This document shows positions 12,458-24,249 of a DNA stretch of 64,000 bases, in pieces (the first letter of the stretch is position 1; the number at the start of each line of letters is the position of its first letter). The position numbers and the translations under genes are program-made. Origin of the DNA: Chrysomallon squamiferum (lineage: Eukaryota; Animalia; Mollusca); contig CM022667.1 in the NCBI GenBank assembly GCA_012295275.1, positions 21,948,001-22,012,000 on the forward strand, in the 5' to 3' direction. Under the pieces are notes generated by a model. That model saw only the letters and a list, made by a program, of their open reading frames with translations. It did no database searches and was not told the origin of the DNA.

Positions 12458-15400
12458 TTACCAACCAGTTCCTTTTTTTTCTGCATATTTGTCATACATT
12501 TTGCGCAGATGGATTAATAATGGACCAATTCCAACATTTTTTTCTGCTGATATTGGAAATACAGGCAAAGCTACCTGTTTCTCTAATAAAGGAAGATTAC
12601 TTCTAGCTTCGGGCAGATCAATCTTGTTTCCAATAATGACACAAGGCCGTTCTGAAAGTCCAGATTTGTAACATTCAAGCTCATATTTCAGGTCTTCTAT
12701 CTGAGTCCATGGTTTGTCAAGAGATAAATCAATCACATACAACAGGCATGCACATCTTTCAATGTGTTGAAGAAATGAAATACCAAGTCCACGATTTTTG
12801 TGAGCATCACGGATAAGACCAGGAATGTCAGCCACTGTAACACAAAACAAAATGATTTATAGACGTATTAATGATTAAAACTACTAAAAACCAATAAACA
12901 CTTTTTTTGTTCTCCCATTTTTAAAATAAATAATATCTCAATAAAATAATACTGCAATTGACCAGGAATAAGCACATGCTTGTGAATAAGCCCACACATA
13001 CTTTTTGTGTGTTTAAAGAACAAAGCCAATATCCCCAAACCATAATATAAAAACTAATAAAAATAACAGATACAACTGTTTTGTAAAACATTAAATAAAG
13101 ATGCATTTCCCAAGATTCAATGTGAAAAAAAAAAATATCTAAAAATCACACCTTACAGCAAGCAGAAAACAAGTTTTGTGATGAATTTCCAAAGTAAAAC
13201 AATGGAATCCTGTTATACAGTCACATTAACATCAAACAAAAATATCTAAAAGAACAAGTTTCCTTTGATTTGAATCAATCAGATATTTTTTAATTAACTT
13301 TATTATGTTTTTGTTGTAATAAATTGTAATGTATGTGGACATGATCATGATTTCTTCTTGTTTTAATTCCTCATTTATTTTAACTGAATGAAGTCCCACG
13401 TTCATGAATAAGGCATCCCCTTGGATTATTCCCGGTCATTACAGTAATGATTTCCTAAGATGAAAACTAAAATAATTTAATGAATTATAATTATTATTTA
13501 TAATCTGGATTGATTCAGAAATGAAAGAGGGTGATAACAAAAATTTACTTAATGCTCACCAGCAATTTGTTCATAATCATCATACATGACCATTCCTACA
13601 TGTGGGTTCAGAGTGGTGAATGGGTAAGCTGCTACTTTTGGTCTGGCTCTTGAGATTGCTCGTAACAGGGTTGATTTGCCAGCATTAGGAAAACCAATCT
13701 GAAAGTAATAAAAAACTGTTCAGTCGCATTCATGCTTTTAATTATTTTTTATTTACTGCAATTTCCTTCAGCAATTTTGATTTTATTATTTTAATCCAAG
13801 TGTGACTGACTTTTAATCTAATGAGAATTTTCTTCTCAAAAATGATTTTTAGGGTCATTCCATGTCAAATCACCCAATGTTAAACCCGACCATCTCAGAT
13901 TTTTATGAAACTTGTTATACTTGTTGACTGGGATCCCACAGCACCAAATCTTAAATTCTAGGCCAATTGGACTAGCGGTATGGGAGATATGGCCCAACAA
14001 ATTTTGAGATTTTTGGCAAAATTGGGTATGACTACCAACCTTTGAACCCTCATATCTCAGGAAATCTTCATAAAATTGGTATTGTTGAAAAGGCAATATG
14101 ACAAGGTTTCCAAATCTGCCATTATTGCTCAGTTTGGAGACCCTGAGATAATCTTTCTTGAAAATTAATCTCCCACATGTTAACTAAAACATATAAAAGT
14201 TTCAGAGGTGTAATATTTTTGGTTTAGCCACAATATAGATTTTAAATATGCATACCTGCACGGATGATTGAAACAATGCATTACAATTTACAATGTACGT
14301 TTTCTACATGTATAGACACTTCTCCGAGACTAAAAACTCATCTGTGGAGTCAAAATCCACCTGACATGTCTGAAGGAATGCCTGAAGGATAGGAAAAGAT
14401 GCCAAATGGCATGACATGTTCCACACAATTTGGGGGTCACTGACCTTTTGACTTTGTTATGACATTGAAACTGACCATGTGGATCACGTGACCTTGAGAT
14501 GACCTTTATTGAAATTTAATCTCCCAAATGTTAACTAAAACATATAAAAGTTTCCTGGGTGTAATATTTTTTGTTTAGCCATAATATAGATTTAAAAAAT
14601 GTATACCTGCATGGATGATTGATACAATGCATTACAAAGTACATTTTCTACATGTATACACTTCTCTGAGACCAAAAACTCATCTTTGGAGTTAAAACCC
14701 ACCTGACATGTCTGAAGGAATGGCTGAAGGATATGAAAAGACGCCAAATGGCATGACTTGTTCTACACAATCAGGCTCAAAGGGTTAAAAGGCATGTCAG
14801 GAACTCCTTGAAATCCCCTGGTGAAATCCCCACTGAGCACTTGGCAATTAGAAGTTTAAGACAAAGAAGTTTCTTCATCTGCATTTCTTTGACAATCTGA
14901 AACTTTCAAGTTGGACACAATGTCAGATGTTGATATGTAAGCATTATGTTTTCTTCATAAAACCTATTAAGCCATTTTATCATGTCATATGGCCTTGCCA
15001 ATGGTTTTAAACAAGGTTTCAGTCAACAACAGTACAACCCAGTCTGAAATCAGACTTCATCAAGTGATGTACTGCATAATGTATTTGTACACACAGTCTT
15101 CAGCACAGAGTTTGAACAAGATCTACCGTCACCTTGATAAACTGTGATTTATACTTGAAAAGTTTGACCTAAATGCCCAAGGCTTGTGGGCCTTTGGCAA
15201 TAACACGTACTCTGCTGCCATTTTATGAACTGCTTAACTTTACTGAAAGGGTTTCAGGGTTTGATCTGATATTTAGGAAAGCACTGACTTTGTTCTATTG
15301 AATTTAAGGCGCAGGCAATACTGAAAATCCTTATTTCTTCCAGGGCCAACTGCAGCTTTTACTTTCCTGAAAATGTGTTTTATCAACACCATCAAACCAA

Positions 15401-17294
15401 AAAGGAGTTGTTGCAAAGTGTATGGAAAACTGAGGAAGTCGAACTCCTCACTCTTTGAAGTGGGATCAAAACATGGGACATCAAGAGTATCTGTTCACAT
15501 CATGAACAAGAACTTTTGATCAAGTTTTCAACATTGTGGAAAAAGTGTTATGATCCCCTTAATCACCATCCTAAGCAAGCAAGCACTAGATCTTTAAAAA
15601 TTGTTAGCATGGGCACTTACAGATGCTTAGTAAATCCAAAAACACTAGTGCCAGGAGACAAGTTGTGCTGTGACTGTTTCATTAGCCTTCAGAAATCAAA
15701 GGTCCAAACCCCTGCAGAGGATGGATTTAGTATGGGTGGTATTACAATGGGAGAATTTGATGATAACTTGTCAGACAAACTGCCAGTTGTGGTTTCCCCA
15801 GAAAAGGACTTTGATTTGAATTCTGTCCTGTCGAGTTTAGGCAAAACACCTGTTAAACTCCATTCACTAGCATGTTCTAGTAAACAAATGAAAGGACAGA
15901 AAAAACTAGCATCAGCTACAGTAACATTAAAATGACATCTTGAAACAGTCTATGATATTCCACTTCATACTCCTGAAAGTGACCTTGACTCATCAGAAAA
16001 ATCTTGACTTTGTCACCCTTTATCATTGAAAGGACAATGAATGAATTTGAAACAACGAATTATCTTGTGAAAAAAAGCTGTGCTGTGAAGAAAGAGAAAG
16101 GGATTCTATCCCTCTGTGATAAGAAACAAGGGACAGTTCTGTCAAATGAATTGAAGAGGAAATAGTCCAATTTTATGAAAGTGATGAGAACAGTAGAATG
16201 TGTCTGGGAATGAAGGATACAGTGAGCATTCAAAACAAAGATGGTGAGAAGGTTAAGCATTAGAAACACCTAGTTCTCTCAGATTTATGTGAACTTTATG
16301 CATACATGTAGGCCTACAATGTCTTACTCAGTGATCAAGAGAGATTCCTAGCATCCAGAATTGATCTTTCAGGTTTTAGTTAATCAGATGTTAACGGCAG
16401 AAAAGGTGTTATTTTCATGGACGTGCATTTTTTTAAATCTATATTGTGGCTAAACAAAAAACATTACACCCAGGAAACTTTTATATGTTTTAGTTAAATT
16501 TCAATAAAGGTCATCTCAAGGTCACGTGATCCACATAGTCAGTTTCAGTGTCATAACAAAGGTCAAAAGGTCAGTGATAGCACTGGTCCGATTGGCCTAA
16601 AATGTCAGATTTGGTGGTGCGGGATCCCAGTCAACAAGTATACCAAGTTTCATAAAAATCTGAGACATTCGGGTTTAAATTTTTTTTTTTTTTGGAGTGG
16701 TTTGACATGGAATGACCCTTAAGATAAAAATACACAAAGAAAATTGGATATATATGAAAATAATAAATAGATTCTTTTTCCTTCCACCTCATGCAACTAT
16801 TTTATATTATCTTTAACAAAATGTTGATACTGACAATTTGTTACTGACACAGTTTTCCATAATTATTTAGCAATACCTTGTTTTGCATGAATTGTTTCTC
16901 ATGATTACTATGGGATTTCTAATTTATATCTTTTTCTTAATATGCTCATTTTTATAGAGCATTATACAAATAAACCATTTAGACATGATAAATGAACAAG
17001 TTTTGTGAACATACCAGTCCAGCATGAGCCATTGTTCTGAGTTCTACAAACAGTACTCGATTCTGACCCTCTGCTCCTGACTCAGCATATGCAGGAGCTC
17101 GATTTTCATTGCTGAGGAAAAAATGATTGCCTTTGCCTCCTGCTCCCCCTCGTGCAGCAATGAAATAATCACCATCATTCTCTAAACTTGTTAGAGTTTT
17201 GCCATCACTGTCCCTGACAATTGTGCCAACAGGAACCTGAAAATAACAATGTCAGAAATTGTACACACACACACACACAATGTATATATGTATG

Positions 17295-17326
<32 letters not shown>

Positions 17327-19066
17327 CACACACAGACAGTGAGATAGGTAGATAGATGTAGAATCAATTACTTGATTTTATTAAACTAACATTTGATAAT
17401 TCTTTAATATTAAACATACATTAAGCATTTGCTGCAAAGTATCTTTATTATATTTGTTTAGTTAGTACAATATGTTACACTGGATAGGATAGGTTATAAG
17501 CCCTATGGCTACCAAAAGGGTAATCATTTCTTGTTCAATTAATTCCTCCTTTATTCTAACTGAATGAAGCACCCTATTTATTGTTTATCAGTGTCTTTAA
17601 TAACCAGCTGTAATGAAAATATACACAAAACAACAAAATTAAAAGTCAAAAATAAAAATAAATGAAGATAATTAAGTCAGCCATAATTACAAATTTACAC
17701 TAGATGATAATAAAATAAAGCTGTATTATTTTGAACATTTCAGTTAACAAGCTAAAAATATGATGTTCATTAAAACAATTTTTATTCATGTTAATATAAG
17801 GTACAAATTATATATGTTATTATACTGCCCAGAAAAAAAAAGAGAAAAAAAATTGTATGCTCACACTAATATGAGTGTGTGGAGCATTTTTTCCATAACA
17901 ATTTCTACTCAGACCGTTAATCCCATTTTCTCCTTTTATCACAGTGTTGAGATGGGACAGACTTTTGTAGTTGGTGGAAGCTAGCAATAAACAGAAATAT
18001 AAAACAGTCATCAGCTTTTTACTAACATTATGTTCATACAATAATACAATAAAGTGTGTATTAAACTAGCATTCCTTTTTTTAATATTTCAAATGAACTG
18101 CTAACAATTCTTTGAAAAACAAACATATATACTTCTGAGAACAAAAAATGTGCAAGAGACACTGTAACTATATAAAATATCTGGTTTTAAATCAGAAAAA
18201 TATTAAAAAATTTATTTAGCAAAAATGATCGGTTAAGAAACGTATTTTCATAATTAATGAACCATATTTATCAAAGAAACTTATATGTATAACATAACTT
18301 CATGATAAACTGCAATGATGTTCTAACAGTTTCACCTGTAGACAACTAAAGAAATGACTGATGAAAATCTTCTGACTTATTGTGCTGGTTTATTTATCTT
18401 TCATTGTGTTTATTTATTATTACTAAATAAATACCTGTAAATATGACATGTCCACCATTTCCTCCATTTCCACCATCTGGGCCAGCCCATTCATTGCCTG
18501 GCATGCTACAGAAAGATACAAATCCATTGCCTCCATTACCACCTTTGACATTTACTTTTTTGAAGTCAATGAAATTTGTCATATGCTGCAATTATATACC
18601 AGTGATAAGATTGATTTATCATATTTAAAAATAAAAAAAAATTTTAAATGTTTATGCATACACAAATATACAAATAAAAAATAATAAATAAATTTTTGTT
18701 AAAATTAAACAATGAAATTTCAAATTTTTTAAAATTATTATTGGAAAGAATATTATTTTATCAGTTTAGAAAAGTGAATATAGAGTTGCAGTATCGCATA
18801 TATTTATTGAAAAATAACCATGTCACACAATAAGAAATCTATATATTAAAACAAAATTAAAACATAAATATAACATATTTAAAAATGCAAATGAATATTT
18901 GAACCTTCTGTGATTCTGACTTTGCTTTATCTGATTTGACAGGCTTGGCTGTTAGGTATCTGTAATGACACCAACAGCTGCATGACTTGGATACCTGAAA
19001 CAGCAGTTGTACTATTCGATGTGGCTGGGTTATCATAACTGAAGACCAATCTGAAGAACAAAACAT
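12458..19066 (-). CDS. MTG2: Mitochondrial ribosome-associated GTPase 2 (ObgH1/GTPBP5), ~388 aa
   Basis: Exons: 19066-18905, 18585-18435, 17980-17865, 17236-17015, 13698-13560, 12834-12458. Gly-rich Obg fold ([35 protein letters not shown]), G1 GFPNAGKS, G2 [14 protein letters not shown]3 DIPG, G4 NKID, G5 ISA. The N-terminal extension is consistent with a mitochondrial presequence. Confidence 0.93.
14160..14770 (+). repeat. Internal direct duplication (~260-270 bp x2) in the left arm of the Sola-like element
   Basis: TAATCTCCCA..TAACTAAAACATATAAAAGTTTC..CACCTGACATGTCTGAAGGAATG..GCCAAATGGCATGAC at ~14160-14430 and ~14511-14770. Confidence 0.85.
15516..15935 (+). pseudogene. Truncated transposase N-terminal fragment (Cys/His motif) inside the TIR element
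   Basis: [41 protein letters not shown] resembles the N-terminal Zn-binding region of Sola-type transposases (recalled family pattern). It stops at 15935 and no catalytic domain is visible. Confidence 0.55.
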
Positions 19067-19262
19067 ATCAGGATTTTTAAATTACAACTAAAGTAGCCAT
19101 TTAAGATATATTTTTGGAATATACCATTATCTGCTTTGATATAAACATGAGAATTTACATAAAAATAATTTTAAAACTACAAAACAAGGATGGAAATATG
19201 TATTGTTTAAAAAAAAAAAAAATTCACTTTTTAAAATTAATAATAATAAAATAAATATGATT

Positions 19263-19274
19263 GAAACTGAAAGT
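19263..19274 (+). promoter_or_regulatory. Candidate IRF-E/ISRE element between MTG2 and PEDS1 start codons
   Basis: GAAACTGAAAGT matches GAAA(G/C)(T/C)GAAA(G/C)(T/C). Confidence 0.3.
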
Positions 19275-19899
19275 GACCAAATGTCATTTCACAACAGCAT
19301 GTTAACAAACTACTGAAAAATAACATTACATTCATTTAATATAAATGGGTCAAGAACTTTATTATTTTGGCTTATTATTAACAACTTAAAATCGTTAAAA
19401 TAGTTACAAGATGTTAATTCATGCATCTGTTAAATATTAACAATTTCATTGGTTGGAAAATGAAACTGCTGACTTGTATATGGGTTAAAAAGGGATATTT
19501 TTTACCAAGATTATTTTAGTAGCATTAAATACAAATAAAGAAAGAAAGAAAAGAATAGAAAAGACATCATATAATCATTTTGGTAGATATTAGGTTTCTC
19601 GACATTATGATTTCAGTATCTTGATTCACTCATCTTGAATAAAAAACTACAATTGTAATAATAAAAACTCCATCGATTTAATACAAACCCAAACACACTG
19701 ACAGTGTCAGAGGCACATACAAAAACATGATTATCATTTATGCCCGCAGAACACTTTTCAGAATTTCATGCTAACACACACATACATATAAATTAATAAT
19801 GGTTCCTAGTACCCTGAAAATCATTTTAGAGCGGTATGAACAAAACGTAACACCAACCAAAATCTAATTTAAAAAAAAATTAAAAAATGGTGATAAAAC

Positions 19900-19958
19900 A
19901 TGAAAGTCGTACGGCCTTAAGTTCCGGACCAGCATAATAATTTTTTCTCCCTTATTTA

Positions 19959-20009
<51 letters not shown>

Positions 20010-20347
20010 TTGCTTAGTTTAACATTACAGTACACTAGAAACGTGTCTAACCAATATGTGAAAATTTGCACGCACGAAATGTACTCTAAAACGGTCAAAG
20101 GTCAAAATAAATTTGTACATAAATAAATATATTAGTGTTTTATAACTAAATGTCTGTTAATTTTAGGCAGACATCATTAAAACCACTTTTATTTTAAATT
20201 TTACTATTTCATTTGCAAAATAATTCTATGAAACGTGACTTGGAAATAACATATTTATTTTTAACTAATCGTCTGTTAGCAGGTGATTAAGCCCTTTTGT
20301 GTAAATCAGGTGATGGTTTTCTTCCGGTCGTAATTTAGGTTCATTCG
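19900..20347. promoter_or_regulatory. Probable bidirectional promoter of MTG2 and PEDS1
   Basis: Head-to-head genes with ATGs 1.28 kb apart, local CpG enrichment, ETS-like TTCCGG at 19922 and 20322, and DR1 CGGTCAAAGGTCA at 20092-20104. Confidence 0.5.
19968..20004. repeat. (ATT)n microsatellite
   Basis: Direct reading. Confidence 0.9.
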
Positions 20348-23300
20348 ATGAGTATGTGTTCGTTAACAGAAGACGAAATTGTTCTTAACTCTATGTCAGA
20401 AGATGACATAAACAGTAACATCCAATATGTGAAAGACGAAAATGAACCGGAGAAACCCAGATGGGGGCCAGAGCATGCAGGAGCTAAGGAACTGGCGAGT
20501 CAATATACAGCAGGTAAAACTACGATCTGTCAAATCAAAAATGACATTGGCATGATTGTGACGAGTTAGTTTATATTTTAATTTTAAAGAATCAATCAGC
20601 ATTTTGCATAATTGATTAGACATCCAAACTTTGTTAATATTTCCACTTGTATCATTTCTATCATTGAAAAAGGATTAAAAGTGATGATTTCTGTTAAAGA
20701 TAAAATATTTTAGCTATGAAACTGAAGAAAACATCACTTTTTTTATTAGTGGATAACAGATTTTGCAAACGTGATCAAAATAAAATTAAAAATTAACAAA
20801 ATAAAATGAATAAAAATAAAAAGTGAAATATATTATTCTTAAGTGAATTAAATGTAAATAATTTTTTATAGTAATATATATTTTATATATTTTTCTTTCC
20901 TTTTTGTTTGCTTACTTATTTCTTTCACATTTATACAAACAGACACACGCACACACGCACAGACACATTTATATAAGTTTGGAATGACAGACTGTTAAAA
21001 AATAATTCACTCTTACAGATTTAAATTCTGCATGCACTGTTGTTGCTATTGGCTACCAAATGTTGTTTTCAGTCCAGTCAGTATTGCATCAGACATCATA
21101 GCAGCCATTTTGAAATTATTAATTTTAAAAGTTCACCTCTTCATATTTCCTATATTGCATCATCCATTTGTGCAGCCATTTTTGTCATACAATTTTGAAT
21201 CAACAGTAGCATTGAACTTAAAATTAGTTAAACAGATGTTGTAATATTTTAATATTACAATAACAGTGAATAACAAAAGTAAATTTTATTCATCAGTTGA
21301 CAAACCTCAGACATCTGAACTTGGAGATAAATAAAAGTGTTCACAAGATTGACATATATTGTTGAAAATAGCATCTCCTAGTTACTGTTAAAAATATATA
21401 TTTATTTTTTATTAGTCCAAGAAGAGATATAGATCTGAAATATTATTTTAATGCATAATCTCTTATAGTTATAGAGCATTACTTAATCTGATGACGTTAA
21501 AAGTTATTGCAGGATCGAGAAAACTGACAAGAATCTTCCAAAACTGAGATATAGGTAGTCTAGAGCCAGAGCCAATGAATTTGTAATAGAGGCCTGTTTT
21601 TAAGGCAAGAATTGTTAAAAAGAAAATAGATTTGAGCAGTTTTCAATGAAGGTCAATTAATGTACATACACTGGAGAAAATAATCTCTTTTAAGGACCTT
21701 TGAAATGTCATTAGTAATTCCATTTTTTGCTGTTTATTTTTATTTTCATTAGCTTCTGACTGAAAAAGACTATATGCAAAATATTAATTAATTAATTATC
21801 TTGATAGTGTATTTTAAAAATGTATTATCAGTTAACCTTAAAACAGTCACGTCAGATTTCTGAACTTTTATTGAGATCTCTGAAATATGATTCATTGAGC
21901 CTCCACTTTTGATACCTGATGAAATACCTTGCTGATATGTGATACTGAAAAAATATAAAAGGTATCGGGAAATTTCTTTTTATTATTTACGTCATTGAAA
22001 AATAAACAAACTGCAAAACAAATATTGTAAAAGATGAGAGAATGCAAGGCAGAGGGAAGAGACAAAACTCAATTGTTCTAGAAATGTTATGATGTCTGCA
22101 TCTTTTAACCATTGCTTATTACTACTAGTCTTCACTTCTCTGGTTTCCAGTTTACTAATTTGTGGAGTGAATGCTATGCATGAATAATTTTTGTAAGATT
22201 TTAGCAAAGGATATGAGAATAAAAAGAATAGATCTGATTTTGTTGTTTTCATCATGTAAACAGCATCCAAGTTTCATATGCATGAAATGACATTAACATT
22301 TCCATTTCCCGTATTTTTTAATTTAATTTTTTCAGGAAAGCGGATGCAGGAAACTGTGTGTATAGGGATAACATTTGTTTTGTTTGCTTACAACAGTGTT
22401 CAGCTTATCCGTTACTTCACATGGGCCAACAGCTACTTCATATTTGGAGCTGCTTGTAAGTGTTGTTGTTTTCATTAGATTTATAGGAATTCTGCCCAGA
22501 TAATTATTCAGAACTGTAGGATATATATATACAGAGTGCCCCATGTTCAGTCAATTTTTGTCATGTTTGCCTCTTGCCAAGTTAATTATCTATGAATTAA
22601 AGAATTCTAGGAATAAATTTTTGTCACATTAGAAATTTAAACAGATTAATTTTCAGTTAACAGTAATACATTTTCCGGGACAGAAAGCACAAAGATTGTT
22701 TTGAATTAGTGTTAAATGACTAACTTTTAGGGTTAAAATACAGTATATAGCACTGGTCAAAACAGAATGTATGACTGACATAATCATATATCTATTTTAG
22801 TTCTAGGAATTATCACAGCAGATTTCTTTAGTGGTCTGGTCCATTGGGGGGCAGATTCATGGGGCAGTGTGGAGATGCCTGTTGTTGGCAAGGTTTGTTA
22901 TAGAAAGTCTAGAAATTATTTTATTCCTTTGTCCAATATGTACGGGTACTCTTGCTTTCATTAAATGTTAAATATGTTATTGATATAAAATAATGCTACT
23001 TTGACAGGATTAAATACTTTTTTAAATATACCTTACTGACATGGAATAAAATAACTTGTGCTCATCCTTGATTAAATAATGTTGCAGAGAGGCATAATGA
23101 TAAAAGAGTATTCTGATAATTCAGTTTCTGTACTATAAGAAGTTTCAAGTTAACATTGTTAATTATGTACTTTGAACAATTTTGTGAAGAAACACTCTCA
23201 GTTTGAACTGATCAGTCTATCAGTTTCAACTTTAACACCTCTGTTAATATTTATGTGATTCACAGATGCTGAATAATGAATTAGAATAGTGCATAAAAAT

Positions 23301-24148
23301 CAGTTGATCAGTCATCTAGAAAAGAAACAATTATAATGTGGAATTATAACGTGTGTTTAGACCATTAACATGCAAAATAGAAATATATATATAGATGGAA
23401 AATCTATTTCATAACTATATACTATATATATATTTATATCTGAATTATATTAATTAATATTTTAGGCACTTATTCGTCCATTTCGGGAGCATCACATTGA
23501 CCCAACATCCATTGTTCGCCATGATTTCATTGAGACAAATGGTGACAATTTTGCTATCACAATCCCTGCCTTAGCCAGCATGTCCTACAAGTTCATCACC
23601 TACAGTCCAGAGCAGATAGCTGCCACATACAACTGGGAATGTTACATATTTCTCCTAGCTGTGTTTGTCAGCATGACAAACCAGGTAAAAATTACCATCA
23701 CCATTTTTTAAGTAATTAAAATTTTTATCTAAAAAAACACAAGGTTTTAATGCACTTTCTTAAAAATTTCAAATTTAAGTAATATTGAAGGTAATGTATT
23801 TGTTTGCTTACATGAAAACAGAAGTAATCATATTATGGTCTTGTGTATATGTACAATTTATGAAAGATATTTTACTGGGTCTTCTTTCAGATCCATAAAT
23901 GGTCACATACTTACTTTGGCCTTCCTCGCTACATCACAGCACTTCAGGATCTTCACATCATTCTGCCACGCAAGCATCATCGCATCCACCACGTGGCACC
24001 CCATGAGTCCTACTTCTGCATAACAACAGGATGGCTGAACTATCCACTTGAAATGATCCGCTTCTGGCCTGCACTTGAACATGTTATCGAATCCCTGACA
24101 GGCTACAAACCACGAGACGATGACATGAAATGGGCCAAGAAAGCTTGA
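20348..24148 (+). CDS. PEDS1: Plasmanylethanolamine desaturase 1 (TMEM189/Kua), ~284 aa
   Basis: Exons: 20348-20513, 22336-22455, 22801-22892, 23466-23684, 23891-24148. Motifs [89 protein letters not shown], and C-terminal DDMKWA. Confidence 0.95.
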
Positions 24149-24211
24149 ATAGAATAATTGCTTTGTGAGAATATTAATTTTTTGTACCTGTTTATATTTT
24201 AGTTTGTGAAC

Positions 24212-24213
<2 letters not shown>

Positions 24214-24246
<33 letters not shown>
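24214..24246. repeat. (TG)n microsatellite in PEDS1 3' UTR
   Basis: Direct reading. Confidence 0.95.

Positions 24247-24249
<3 letters not shown>

Larger units (their letters stand above)
13852..16718 (+). mobile_element. Non-autonomous long-TIR DNA transposon (Sola-like) in MTG2 intron 4
   Basis: Termini GGGTCATTCCATGTCAAA ... TTTGACATGGAATGACCC (perfect 18 bp), flanked by TTTA/TTAA. Inverted similarity continues inward (13852-13981 vs ~16578-16718; ~14438-14612 vs ~16415-16577). Internal disrupted ORF. The superfamily is inferred from GGG termini, a TTAA-like target and long TIRs. Confidence 0.8.
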
